Shown one piece after another: positions 27,141-35,890 of a stretch of 36,222 nt of DNA. The stretch lies in the NCBI GenBank assembly GCA_039812565.1, contig JBDIAU010000001.1:1-36222 (forward strand), in the 5' to 3' direction. How positions within the stretch are numbered: position 1 is the stretch's first letter; every line of letters starts with the position of its first letter. The DNA comes from Beutenbergiaceae bacterium. GTDB taxonomy: Bacteria > Actinomycetota > Actinomycetes > Actinomycetales > JAHECE01. Under the pieces are notes generated by a model. That model was not told the origin of the DNA and ran no database searches. It saw nothing but the letters and a program-made list of their open reading frames with translations. A program made the translations under genes and the position numbers.

Positions 27141-27166
27141 GTCACGGTGTCGTCAGCGACGGCGCG

Positions 27167-27883
27167 TCAGGACGCGTCCTCGGAGGCGAGGTTGCGCGTC
27201 TTCGAGGCGTCGAGCGGGATGCCGGGGCCCATGGTCGTCGAGACGGTCGCCTTGGTGATGTAGCGCCCCTTGGCCGCGGACGGCTTGAGCCGCGTGATCT
27301 CCTCGAGGGCGGCGGCGTAGTTCTCGACGAGCGCGACGTCCGTGAACGACGTCTTGCCGATGACGAAGTGGAGGTTCGCGTGCTTGTCGACGCGGAACTC
27401 GATCTTGCCGCCCTTGATCTCCTGCACGGCCTTGGCGACGTCCATCGTCACCGTGCCCGTCTTGGGGTTCGGCATGAGGCCGCGGGGGCCGAGCACGCGG
27501 CCGAGCCGGCCGACCTTGCCCATGAGGTCGGGGGTCGCGACGGCGGCGTCGAAGGCGGTGTAGCCGCCCGCCACCTTCGCGATGAGCTCGTCGCCGCCCA
27601 CCTCGTCCGCCCCGGCCGCGAGCGCCTGCTCGGCGCGCTCACCGACGGCGAAGACGATGACCCGGGCCGTCTTGCCGGTGCCGTGGGGCAGGTTGACCGT
27701 GCCGCGGACCATCTGGTCCGCCTTGCGCGGGTCGACGCCGAGGCGGAACGCCACCTCGACCGTCGCGTCGAACGTGGTGGGGGACGTCTCCTTGGCGAGA
27801 CGCACGGCCTCGAGCGGCGCGTACTGGTGCGTCCGGTCGATCTTCTCGAGGGCCTGGCGGTACTTCTTGCTGTGCGTGGGCAT
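27167..27883 (-). CDS. rplA: 50S ribosomal protein L1
   Basis: [75 protein letters not shown]... Confidence 0.96.
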   Translation of the reverse strand: MPTHSKKYRQALEKIDRTHQYAPLEAVRLAKETSPTTFDATVEVAFRLGVDPRKADQMVRGTVNLPHGTGKTARVIVFAVGERAEQALAAGADEVGGDELIAKVAGGYTAFDAAVATPDLMGKVGRLGRVLGPRGLMPNPKTGTVTMDVAKAVQEIKGGKIEFRVDKHANLHFVIGKTSFTDVALVENYAAALEEITRLKPSAAKGRYITKATVSTTMGPGIPLDASKTRNLASEDAS

Positions 27884-27962
27884 GTCTGCTCTCCTTCAGG
27901 CGCAGTCGTGGTCCGGGCCCCACGGGCCCTGCCACTGGCTCGGGCGGGACGCCCGAGCGGGG

Positions 27963-28397
27963 TCAGTCGCTGACGACGATCCCCATGGACGAGGCGGTGC
28001 CGGCGATGATCTTCTCGGCGGCGTCGAGGTCGTTGGCGTTGAGGTCCACCAGCTTGAGCTGGGCGATCTCGCGCACCTGCGCCCGGGTGAGGGTCGCGAC
28101 CTTCTGGGTGTGCGGCTTGGGCGAGCCCTTGGGCACGCCCGCGGCCTGCTTGATGAGCTCCGCGGCCGGCGGCGTCTTGGTGATGAAGGTGAAGGTCCGG
28201 TCCTCGTAGACCGTGATCTCCACCGGCACCACGCTGCCGCGCTGGGACTCCGTGGCGGCGTTGTACGCCTTGCAGAACTCCATGATGTTGACGCCGTGCT
28301 GGCCGAGCGCGGGGCCGATCGGGGGCGCGGGCGTAGCGGCGCCGGCCTTGATCTGGAGCTTGATCAGGCCGGTGATCTTCTTCTTCTTCGGTGGCAT
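27963..28397 (-). CDS. rplK: 50S ribosomal protein L11
   Basis: [79 protein letters not shown]... Confidence 0.96.
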   Translation of the reverse strand: MPPKKKKITGLIKLQIKAGAATPAPPIGPALGQHGVNIMEFCKAYNAATESQRGSVVPVEITVYEDRTFTFITKTPPAAELIKQAAGVPKGSPKPHTQKVATLTRAQVREIAQLKLVDLNANDLDAAEKIIAGTASSMGIVVSD

Positions 28398-28419
28398 CGT
28401 GCGTTCCTTGTGGGTCGAC

Positions 28420-28445
28420 GACCTGCGCCTGGGCGAGCGCAGGTC
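28420..28445 (-). terminator. hairpin between nusG and rplK
   Basis: gacctgcgc / ctgggcga / gcgcaggtc forms a perfect 9-bp stem starting 4 nt after the nusG stop. Confidence 0.35.
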
Positions 28446-28449
28446 CGGC

Positions 28450-29103
28450 TCAGATCTTGGCGACCTGGCTGAACGAGAGCTCGACCGGGGTCTCCCGGCC
28501 GAAGATCGAGACCAGCACCTTGAGCTTCTGGGACTCGGGCTGGATCTCGGAGATGGTCGCGGGCAGCGTGTCGAAGGGTCCGTCGGTGACGGTCACCGAC
28601 TCGCCGACGACGAACTCCACCTCGACCGGGCGGGCGGACGCGGCCTTCTGCGCGGGCGCCTTCACCTGGAGGGTCGGCGCGAGCATCGAGAACACCTCGT
28701 CGAGGGTCAGCGGCACCGGCTGGTGCGTGTGGCCGACGAAGCCGGTGACGCCGGGCGTGTGCCGCACCGCGCCCCACGACTCGTCCGTCAGGTCCATCCG
28801 GACGAGGACGTAGCCCGGGATCCGAACCCGCCGCACGACCTTGCGCTGCGCGTTCTTGATCTCGACGACCTCTTCCATCGGCACCTCGACCTGGAAGATG
28901 TACTCCTCCATGTTGAGGCTCTGGATCCGGTTCTCGAGGTTCGCCTTCACGCGGTTCTCGTAGCCCGCGTAGGAGTGGATGACGTACCAGTCGCCGGGCA
29001 TGGACCGCAGGCGCCCGCGGAACTCCTCGACGGGGTCGACCTCGACGTCCTCGGCGACGTCGGCGTCGGGGGCGTCGGTCAGGGCGCTGGGGTCGTGCGA
29101 CAC
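28450..29103 (-). CDS. nusG: transcription termination/antitermination factor NusG
   Basis: (GTG)[62 protein letters not shown]... (NGN domain) and C-terminal KOW ([21 protein letters not shown]). Confidence 0.95.
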   Translation of the reverse strand: MSHDPSALTDAPDADVAEDVEVDPVEEFRGRLRSMPGDWYVIHSYAGYENRVKANLENRIQSLNMEEYIFQVEVPMEEVVEIKNAQRKVVRRVRIPGYVLVRMDLTDESWGAVRHTPGVTGFVGHTHQPVPLTLDEVFSMLAPTLQVKAPAQKAASARPVEVEFVVGESVTVTDGPFDTLPATISEIQPESQKLKVLVSIFGRETPVELSFSQVAKI

Positions 29104-29177
29104 GTCGTGACCATCTCTCTTTCTCAGGGGGTGAGGCGGCGGTCGGGTCCCGGCGGCGCCGGGGGGGTCGGCGGCGA

Positions 29178-29438
29178 TCAGCCGAAGGCCCAGAGGACCA
29201 GCTTCCCGAACGCCAGGTCGAGCACCCCGACGAAGGCCATCACCAGGAGCACGAACACGAGGACGACGCCGATGTAGGTGAAGAGCTCCTGCCGGGTGGG
29301 CCGGACGACCTTCTTGAGCTCGGCGACCACCTGCCGGACGAACAGGGCGATGCGACCGAAGAGGCCCCGCCGCTCCGCCGGGCGAGCCGGCGGACGGCGC
29401 GCGTCGCCCGACGACGTCGCGCTCGCCTGCTCGCTCAC
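29178..29438 (-). CDS. secE: preprotein translocase subunit SecE
   Basis: Only the last 86 codons of track ORF 29178..31178 are kept. GTG 29438 with GAGGA upstream. ...[63 protein letters not shown] has a single C-terminal TM. Lies between tRNA-Trp and nusG. Confidence 0.88.
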   Translation of the reverse strand: MSEQASATSSGDARRPPARPAERRGLFGRIALFVRQVVAELKKVVRPTRQELFTYIGVVLVFVLLVMAFVGVLDLAFGKLVLWAFG

Positions 29439-29557
29439 GGGCCCCGTCCTCACTTCGTCGTGCCGGAGGGTGGTCCCCCGGCGACCGTCCGGCGTCGCGC
29501 GGTCGGCCGTGCCGGAGACCGGCCTGCGGCCCCGGCGCGCACGACGCCGATCACACG

Positions 29558-29630
29558 CAGGGCAGGAGGGACTCGAACCCACAACCGCCGGTTTTGGAGA
29601 CCGGTGCGCTGCCAATTGCGCCACTGCCCT
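29558..29630 (-). tRNA. trnW: tRNA-Trp (anticodon CCA)
   Basis: Reverse complement AGGGCAGTGGCGCAATTGGCAGCGCACCGGTCTCCAAAACCGGCGGTTGTGGGTTCGAGTCCCTCCTGCCCTG. Has a 7-bp acceptor stem, a GCGC D-stem, and a CCGGT/ACCGG anticodon stem with loop CTCCAAA. The T-loop is TTCGAGT, with one U-U mismatch in the T-stem. 3' CCA is not encoded. Confidence 0.88.
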
Positions 29631-29801
29631 ACGGGGTCCCCCCGACATGGCGACCGTGCGCGGGCACAGGTCAGCATGGCGGGCGTCAACCACCGGTGGT
29701 CGAGTGTACGCACATCGTCCGCCGAGGTCGAACCGCAGCGGCGCCGTCTCCGAGAGGTCCGGTCCCGCCGGCCCGACGCGCCCGTCTGCCACGATGACCC
29801 C

Positions 29802-31034
29802 GTGACCGAGAACACCCCCTCCCCCGCACCCGCCCGGCGGCGGGTCTCCGCCCGGCTCTCGGCGATCGCCGAGTCGGCCACGCTCGCCGTCGACGCGAAG
29901 GCGAAGGCGCTCAAGGCCGCCGGCCGCCCCGTCATCGGCTTCGGCGCCGGCGAGCCCGACTTCCCGACGCCGGACTACATCGTCGCGGCGGCCGTCGCGG
30001 CCGCCCAGGACCCGGTCAACCACCGGTACACCCCGGCCGCGGGCCTGCCCGTGCTGCGCGAGGCCATCGCCGCGAAGACGCTGCGGGACTCGGGCTACGA
30101 GGTGTCGCCCGGCCGCGTGCTCGTGACCAACGGCGGCAAGCAGGCCGTCTACCAGGCCTTCGCCGCGATCGTGGACCCGGGCGACGAGGTCCTCCTGCCC
30201 GCCCCGTACTGGACCACCTACCCCGAGGCCATCGCGCTGGCCGGCGGCCGCACCGTCGAGGTCTTCGCCGGCGCCGAGCAGGAGTACCTCGTCACGGTCG
30301 AGCAGCTCGAGGCGGCCCGGACCGAGCGGACCAAGGCACTGCTCTTCTGCTCCCCGTCGAACCCGACCGGAGCCGTGTACTCGCCGGAGGCCACGGCGGC
30401 GATCGGCCGCTGGGCCCTGGAGCACGGGATCTGGGTCATCACCGACGAGATCTACGAGCACCTCGTCTACGACGACGCCGTGTTCACGCCCATCGTCCGG
30501 GCGGTCCCCGAGCTCGAGGACACCACGATCGTCCTCAACGGCGTCGCCAAGACCTACGCGATGACGGGCTGGCGGGTCGGCTGGATGATCGGCCCGGCCG
30601 ACGTCATCAAGGCCGCCACCAACCTGCAGTCGCACCTGACGTCCAACGTCGCCAACGTCTCGCAGCGGGCGGCCGTCGCCGCCCTCACCGGGGACCTGTC
30701 CGCCGTGGAGGCGATGCGCACCGCGTTCGACCGCCGGCGGCGCACGATGGTCGAGATGCTGCGGCAGATCGACGGCGTCGTCTGCCCGACGCCGAAGGGC
30801 GCCTTCTACGCGTACCCGAGCGTCGAGGGCGTCCTCGGACGCACCGTGCGCGGCCGCACACCCACCACCTCCGCCGAGCTCGCGGCGCTCATCCTCGACG
30901 AGGTGGAGGTCGCCGTCGTGCCCGGCGAGGCGTTCGGCCCGAGCGGCTTCCTCCGCCTCAGCTACGCCCTGGGCGACGCCGACCTCGTCGAGGGCGTCAC
31001 CCGCATCCAGGACCTCCTCGCCGAGGGCCGGTAG
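29802..31034 (+). CDS. aspC: pyridoxal-phosphate-dependent class-I aminotransferase (aspartate aminotransferase-like)
   Basis: Track ORF 29460..31034 trimmed to GTG 29802; the upstream part overlaps tRNA-Trp. ...[43 protein letters not shown]...[16 protein letters not shown] (PLP-lysine motif). Same neighbourhood (aminotransferase next to tRNA-Trp/secE) as I recall for Streptomyces. Confidence 0.88.
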   Translation: MTENTPSPAPARRRVSARLSAIAESATLAVDAKAKALKAAGRPVIGFGAGEPDFPTPDYIVAAAVAAAQDPVNHRYTPAAGLPVLREAIAAKTLRDSGYEVSPGRVLVTNGGKQAVYQAFAAIVDPGDEVLLPAPYWTTYPEAIALAGGRTVEVFAGAEQEYLVTVEQLEAARTERTKALLFCSPSNPTGAVYSPEATAAIGRWALEHGIWVITDEIYEHLVYDDAVFTPIVRAVPELEDTTIVLNGVAKTYAMTGWRVGWMIGPADVIKAATNLQSHLTSNVANVSQRAAVAALTGDLSAVEAMRTAFDRRRRTMVEMLRQIDGVVCPTPKGAFYAYPSVEGVLGRTVRGRTPTTSAELAALILDEVEVAVVPGEAFGPSGFLRLSYALGDADLVEGVTRIQDLLAEGR

Positions 31035-31045
31035 CCGCGCGGCCC

Positions 31046-31071
31046 GGGGGTCCACCGTTCGGTGGACCCCC
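31046..31071 (+). terminator. aspC terminator hairpin
   Basis: gggggtccacc / gttc / ggtggaccccc forms a perfect 11-bp stem starting 12 nt after the stop. Confidence 0.55.
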
Positions 31072-31088
31072 GACCGGTCGACCGGTCG
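31071..31088. promoter_or_regulatory. perfect 18-bp palindrome, candidate operator upstream of the ABC/two-component operon
   Basis: CGACCGGTCGACCGGTCG equals its own reverse complement. It is also two tandem GACCGGTC units. Centre lies about 46 nt upstream of the ABC ATPase ATG. Confidence 0.45.
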
Positions 31089-31125
31089 CTGCCCGGCCGG
31101 CCGCGGGTGCGACAGGCTGACCACC

Positions 31126-32034
31126 ATGACCACGACGACGTCCGCGGACCCCGCCGTCCAGGTGCGGGACCTGCGCAAGACCTACGGCACGAAGCGCGCC
31201 GTCGACGGCGTGGACCTCGAGGTGCACCGCGGCGAGGTCGTCGCCGTCCTCGGGCCCAACGGCGCCGGCAAGACCACCACCGTCGAGATCCTCGAGGGCT
31301 ACCGCCGCCGCGACGGCGGCGACGTCCGCGTGCTCGGCACCGACCCCGCTCGGGGCGACCGGGCCTGGCGGGCGCGGATCGGCGTCGTCCTGCAGTCCGC
31401 GGGCGACCTCGCCGAGCTCACCGTCCGCGAGCAGCTGCACCATTTCGCGCGGTACTACCCGGCCGCGCGCGACCCCGAGGAGGTCCTCGACGCCGTCGGC
31501 CTCACGGACAAGGCACGGACCCGCTCCCGCCAGCTCTCCGGCGGCCAGCGCCGGCGCCTCGACGTCGCCCTCGGCATCCTCGGCCGCCCCGAGCTCCTCT
31601 TCCTCGACGAGCCGACCACGGGGTTCGACCCGCACGCGCGGCGGGCGTTCTGGGACCTCGTCCTGCGCCTGCGCGACGAGGGCACGACCATCCTGCTCAC
31701 CACCCACTACCTCGACGAGGCGGCCTACCTGGCCGACCGCGTCGTCGTCGTCGCGGCGGGGAGGGTGGTCGCGCACGGCGCGCCCCACACGCTCGGCGGC
31801 GAGGACGCGCGCCGCCCGACCGTCCACTGGGTGGAGGACGGCACGCCACGGTCCGTCCGCACGGACCGGCCGACCGCCGTCGTCGCCGAGCTCGCCGGCC
31901 GCCTCCCCGGGGAGGTCCCGGGCCTCCAGGTGGTCCGACCCAGCCTCGAGGACGTCTACCTCGAGCTCATCGCCGCCGCCGAGCCGGCGCCCGACCCCGC
32001 CGACCCCCGACCGCTCGAGACGGTGACCCGATGA
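31126..32034 (+). CDS. ABC transporter ATP-binding protein (ABC-2/DrrA-like exporter subfamily)
   Basis: Walker A GPNGAGKTT, signature LSGGQRRRL, Walker B LLFLDEPTTGFD, H-loop TTHYLDEA. 302 aa. Confidence 0.92.
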   Translation: MTTTTSADPAVQVRDLRKTYGTKRAVDGVDLEVHRGEVVAVLGPNGAGKTTTVEILEGYRRRDGGDVRVLGTDPARGDRAWRARIGVVLQSAGDLAELTVREQLHHFARYYPAARDPEEVLDAVGLTDKARTRSRQLSGGQRRRLDVALGILGRPELLFLDEPTTGFDPHARRAFWDLVLRLRDEGTTILLTTHYLDEAAYLADRVVVVAAGRVVAHGAPHTLGGEDARRPTVHWVEDGTPRSVRTDRPTAVVAELAGRLPGEVPGLQVVRPSLEDVYLELIAAAEPAPDPADPRPLETVTR

Positions 32035-32885
32035 CCACGACCGCGGCGGCCCGGCCCCGCCCCCTGCCCACGACCGTCGCCCTCGGGCTCGCGAGGACCC
32101 GCATCGAGGTCCTGCAGTACTTCCGCGAGCGGGACTCGGTGGTCTTCTCCTTCGCCTACCCGGTGATCATGCTCGCGATCTTCGCGACGGTCTTCGGCCA
32201 GGACGGCGCCGTCGTCGGGCAGGCCCCCGACGGCTCCGGCGGCATCCCCTTCGCGCAGTACTTCCTGCCCGGCATGGTGGCGACCGGCATCATGCTCTCG
32301 TCGTTCCAGACGCTCGCGATCTCGATCGCGGTCGAGCGCGACGAGGGCGGGCTCAAGCGCCTGCGCGGCACCCCGATGCCGCCGTCGGCGTACTTCCTCG
32401 GCAAGACGGGGCAGGTGCTGCTCACGACGGCGATCCAGGTCGCGCTCCTCCTCGCCGTGGCCGCGCTCGCGTTCGGCGTTCCGATGCCGACGACGGCGAG
32501 CGCCTGGGCGACGTTCACGTGGCTCCTCGTGCTCGGCTCGGCGACCGGTGCGGTGTGCGGCGTGGCGTTCTCGTCACTGCCGCGCAGCGGCCGATCCGCG
32601 TCGGCGGTCGTCGTCCCCGTCGTCCTGGTCCTGCAGTTCATCTCCGGGGTCTTCTTCGCCTGGTCCAGCCTGCCGACGTGGATGCAGCACGTCGCGTCGG
32701 TGTTCCCGCTGAAGTGGCTCGCCCAGGGCATGCGGGCGGTGTTCCTGCCGGAGTGGGCCGCGGCCGCCGAGCCGGCCGGCTCGTGGCAGCTCGGCCTGTG
32801 CGCCCTCGCCCTCCTCGCGTGGCTCGTCGCGGCCCTGGTGCTCGGGGCGCGCACGTTCCGGTGGCAGCGCCGTGACGACGGCTGA
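32031..32885 (+). CDS. ABC-2 type transporter permease
   Basis: Track ORF 31062..32885 trimmed to ATG 32031, which overlaps the ATPase stop (ATGA). MTTTAAARPRPLPTTVALGLARTRIEVLQYFRERDSVVFSFAYPVIMLAIF... About 6 hydrophobic segments. Confidence 0.85.
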   Translation: MTTTAAARPRPLPTTVALGLARTRIEVLQYFRERDSVVFSFAYPVIMLAIFATVFGQDGAVVGQAPDGSGGIPFAQYFLPGMVATGIMLSSFQTLAISIAVERDEGGLKRLRGTPMPPSAYFLGKTGQVLLTTAIQVALLLAVAALAFGVPMPTTASAWATFTWLLVLGSATGAVCGVAFSSLPRSGRSASAVVVPVVLVLQFISGVFFAWSSLPTWMQHVASVFPLKWLAQGMRAVFLPEWAAAAEPAGSWQLGLCALALLAWLVAALVLGARTFRWQRRDDG

Positions 32886-34125
32886 GGATCACGCCGGGCA
32901 GCCGCCCCTCGCCCCGGGCTCGTGGCGCACCGCGCTGCGGGCCTGGGACTGGGCGTTCTACCTCATGGTCGTCGCGACGGCGGTGGCCTGCTGGGCGGCC
33001 CCGCTGCCACCCGGGGACGCCGAGCGCGTGGTCGTCGCGCTCGGCGTCCTGGTGCTGGCGTACCTGGTCCTCGGCCGCCGCGCCGCCAGCCACCGCGACG
33101 AGTGGCTGGGGCTCGCCTACCTCGCGATCATGCTGGTCGTCGTCGGCGTCCTGGTCTCGACCACGTCCATCGCGACGCTCTTCCTCTTCGCCGGGTACTC
33201 GCAGGTCTGGTACCTCACCGAGCGGCGCTGGGTGGGCGTCGTCGGCACCGTCCTGCTCTCCGGGGTCGTCGTCGCCGGGCTCCTCGCCCGGGAGGGAACC
33301 GCCCCCGCCACGGTCGCGTCCGTCCTCGCGCAGGTAGGCCTCGGGATGGTCTTCAGCCTCCTGCTCGGGCTGTGGATCTACACCGTCGTGGCCCAGAGCC
33401 AGGAGCGTGCGGCCCTGATCGCGCGCCTCGAGCAGACCCAGTCCGAGCTCGCGGCGGCCCACCACGCCGACGGCGTGCGCGCCGAGCGCGAGCGCGTCGC
33501 CCGCGAGATCCACGACACGCTCGCCCAGGGCTTCACGAGCATCGTGATGCTCGCCCAGTCGGCGCAGGCCGACGTCGACGCCGCGGCGGCCGGGCCGCCG
33601 GGGGCGGTGGCCCTCGGGCGCACGCGCGAGCGCCTCGCCCTCATCGAGCGCACGGCCCGCGACAACCTCGCGGAGGCGCGGTCCCTCGTCGCCGCCTCCG
33701 CGCCCACGGCCCTGCAGGACGGCGGCCTGGCCGACGCCCTGGAACGGACCGCACGGCGCTTCACGGGCGAGACGGGCGTCCTGGTGGAGACGGACGTCGC
33801 CGACCTCGGGACCGGCCTGGACCGCGAGACCGAGGTGGTGCTCCTGCGGGCGGCCCAGGAGGCCCTCGCGAACGTCCGCAAGCACGCGACCGGCGCCCGC
33901 CGCGTCCGCCTGAGCCTGACCGCCGCCGACGGGCGCCTCACCCTCGAGGTGACCGACGACGGCGAGGGGATCGCCGACCACGCCGCCTCGGGATTCGGCC
34001 TGCGCGGCATGCAGGACCGGGTCGCCGCCGGCGGCGGGGACGTGTCCGTCGGGCCGCTTCCCGCCGGTGGCACCCGCCTCGTCGTGCGGCTCCCGGACCC
34101 GCGGACGGCGAGGATGGCGCCGTGA
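32872..34125 (+). CDS. sensor histidine kinase, HisKA_3 (NarX/DesK/LiaS-like) family, membrane-embedded sensor
   Basis: The N-terminal ~165 aa consist of about 6 TM segments with only short loops. H-box ERERVAREIHDTLAQGF, N-box EALANVRKHA, G-boxes DDGEGI and GFGLRGMQDRV. The GTG start overlaps the permease 3' end by 14 nt. Confidence 0.9.
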   Translation: MTTAEDHAGQPPLAPGSWRTALRAWDWAFYLMVVATAVACWAAPLPPGDAERVVVALGVLVLAYLVLGRRAASHRDEWLGLAYLAIMLVVVGVLVSTTSIATLFLFAGYSQVWYLTERRWVGVVGTVLLSGVVVAGLLAREGTAPATVASVLAQVGLGMVFSLLLGLWIYTVVAQSQERAALIARLEQTQSELAAAHHADGVRAERERVAREIHDTLAQGFTSIVMLAQSAQADVDAAAAGPPGAVALGRTRERLALIERTARDNLAEARSLVAASAPTALQDGGLADALERTARRFTGETGVLVETDVADLGTGLDRETEVVLLRAAQEALANVRKHATGARRVRLSLTAADGRLTLEVTDDGEGIADHAASGFGLRGMQDRVAAGGGDVSVGPLPAGGTRLVVRLPDPRTARMAP

Positions 34126-34742
34126 TCCGCGTCCTCGTCGCCGACGACCACCCCGTGGTGCGGGCCGGCATCGTCGGGATGCTCGCCGTCGAGCCCGACC
34201 TCGAGGTGGTGGGTGAGGCGGCCGACGGCGCGGCGGCAGTCGACCTCGCGGCCCGCCTGCGGCCCGACGTCGTCCTCATGGACCTGCGGATGCCGCGCCT
34301 GGACGGCGTCAGCGCCACGGCCGCCGTCGTCCCGCTCGGCGTCCGCGTCGTCATCCTCACCACCTACGAGACGGACGACGACATCCTGAGGGCCGTCGAG
34401 GCCGGCGCGACCGGCTACCTCCTCAAGGACACCCCGCGCGAGCAGCTCGTCGTCGCCGTGCGCCTCGCGGCCGGGGGCGAGAGCGTCCTCGCGCCGTCCG
34501 TGGCCGCCCGGCTCGTCTCCCAGGTCCGCGGGCCCGCGCCGGAACGCCTCACGCCCCGCGAGCGGGACGTGCTCCTCGGCGTGGCGCGGGGGCTGTCGAA
34601 CGCGGCGATCGGCCGCGAGCTGTACATCACCGAGGCGACCGTGAAGACGCACCTCCTGCGCGTCTTCGCCAAGCTCGGCGTCGACGACCGGACCCGCGCG
34701 GTCACCGTCGCCCTCGAGCGCCGGCTCATCACCCTGCCCTGA
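34122..34742 (+). CDS. response regulator, LuxR/NarL family (REC + HTH)
   Basis: Track ORF 32922..34742 trimmed to GTG 34122, which overlaps the kinase stop (GTGA). VIRVLVADDHPVVRAGIVGMLAVEPDLEVVGEAADG...DVVLMDLRMPRLDG...LTPRERDVLLGVARGLSNAAIGRELYITEATVKTHL. Confidence 0.92.
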   Translation: MIRVLVADDHPVVRAGIVGMLAVEPDLEVVGEAADGAAAVDLAARLRPDVVLMDLRMPRLDGVSATAAVVPLGVRVVILTTYETDDDILRAVEAGATGYLLKDTPREQLVVAVRLAAGGESVLAPSVAARLVSQVRGPAPERLTPRERDVLLGVARGLSNAAIGRELYITEATVKTHLLRVFAKLGVDDRTRAVTVALERRLITLP

Positions 34743-34767
34743 CGTCCGCCCGGCGCCGGGCGCTCGC

Positions 34768-34785
34768 GCGCGGGAGAACCCGCGC
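34768..34785 (+). terminator. small hairpin after the response-regulator gene
   Basis: gcgcggg / agaa / cccgcgc forms a 7-bp stem 25 nt after the stop. It is preceded by the palindrome gcccggcgccgggc (34749-34762). Confidence 0.3.
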
Positions 34786-34801
34786 ACGGCAGACTGCGGG
34801 C

Positions 34802-35836
34802 GTGGGGGTGGCGGAGCGAGACCTGGCGAGCCTGCCGAAGGCGCACCTCCACCTGCACTTCACCGGGTCGATGCGGCACACCACGCTCGTCGACCTCGCC
34901 CGAGAGGCGGGGGTCGCGCTGCCCTCCGCGCTGCGCGCCACGAGCCCGCTGCACGTCCCCGCCGACGAGCGCGGCTGGTTCCGGTTCCAGCGCCTGTACG
35001 ACGCGGCGCGCGCGTGCGTGCGCAGCGAGGCCGCGATGCGCCGGATCGTGCGGGAGGCCGCGGCCGACGACGCCGCCGAGGGCTCGCGGCGCCTGGAGAT
35101 CCAGATCGACCCGACCACGTACGCGCCGTACGTCGGCGGCCTCACCCCGGCGCTGGAGATCGTGCTCGACGAGGCCCGCGCGGCGTCGGCCACGACGGGG
35201 GTGGAGGTGGCCGTCGTCGTCGCCTGCTCGCGGCTGCGACACCCGCTCGACGCCAGGACGCTCGCGCGGCTCGCGGCCTGGCACGCCGGCGAGGGCCCGG
35301 GCGAGGTGGTCGGCTTCGGCCTGTCCAACGACGAGCGCCGCGGCCTGACGGCGGACTGGGCGCCCGCGTTCCACCTCGCCGCCCGCGCCGGGCTGGCGCT
35401 CGTGCCGCACGGCGGCGAGCTGCTCGGGCCCGAGCACGTCCGCACGGTCGTGGAGCACCTCCAGCCGCACCGGCTCGGCCACGGCGTGCGCAGCGCCGAG
35501 GACCCCCGGCTGCTCGCCGAGGTGGTGGAGCGGGGCATCGCGCTCGAGGTCTGCCCCGCCTCCAACGTCTCCCTCGGCGTCTACCCCGAGACGGCGGCGG
35601 TCCCGCTGCGCGCCCTCGTGGACGCGGGCGCGACCGTCGCGCTGGGCGCCGACGACCCGCTGCTGTTCGCCTCCCGGCTGCTCGACCAGTACGAGAGCGC
35701 GCGTCGGGTGCACGGCTTCGACGACGCCGCGCTCGCGGACCTCGCGCGGGCCTCGATCCGGGCCAGCCGCGCGTCCGTCCGGACGAAGACGCGGCTGCTC
35801 GCCGGCGTCGACGCCTGGCTCGCGGCGCCCCCGTGA
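34802..35836 (+). CDS. add: adenosine/AMP deaminase-family metallohydrolase
   Basis: LPKAHLHLHFTGS (HxH metal site), HGGE, RLGHG, CPASN and GADDPLLF match adenosine deaminase catalytic motifs. GTG start at 34802; a second in-frame GTG lies at 34808. Confidence 0.85.
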   Translation: MGVAERDLASLPKAHLHLHFTGSMRHTTLVDLAREAGVALPSALRATSPLHVPADERGWFRFQRLYDAARACVRSEAAMRRIVREAAADDAAEGSRRLEIQIDPTTYAPYVGGLTPALEIVLDEARAASATTGVEVAVVVACSRLRHPLDARTLARLAAWHAGEGPGEVVGFGLSNDERRGLTADWAPAFHLAARAGLALVPHGGELLGPEHVRTVVEHLQPHRLGHGVRSAEDPRLLAEVVERGIALEVCPASNVSLGVYPETAAVPLRALVDAGATVALGADDPLLFASRLLDQYESARRVHGFDDAALADLARASIRASRASVRTKTRLLAGVDAWLAAPP

Positions 35837-35890
35837 CCGGTGCCGTCGCGACCCGTGCCGCCGTGACCGGCGCCGGCGCCGCGGCGGGCG

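Noticed and set aside
29459-29517. 10-nt direct repeat CGTGCCGGAG (29459..29468 and 29508..29517) between tRNA-Trp and secE
   Set aside because: Short, GC-rich and only two copies. It does not resemble promoter or known operator geometry. Chance repeat is not excluded.
29689-29700. Perfect 12-bp palindrome ACCACCGGTGGT in the divergent tRNA-Trp/aminotransferase region, next to a possible TTCGAC-N18-TACACT tRNA promoter
   Set aside because: By rough estimate, a 12-bp palindrome (6-bp half-sites) should occur by chance many times in 36 kb of GC-rich DNA and about once in the intergenic fraction alone. There is no second copy or other supporting context.
29178-31178. 666-codon minus-strand ORF covering secE, the tRNA-Trp gene and the antisense of the aminotransferase gene
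   Set aside because: Only the last 86 codons (secE, with its own SD and GTG) are credible. The ORF reads through a tRNA gene and the antisense of a well-supported PLP enzyme gene, with Arg/Gly/Asp-rich nonsense composition.
35831-35875. Imperfect 15-nt direct repeat CCGTGACCGG(T/C)GCCG with 30-nt spacing in the convergent add/murB gap
   Set aside because: Low-complexity GC-rich repeat with 14/15 identity. It forms no convincing terminator hairpin, and no function can be argued from sequence.
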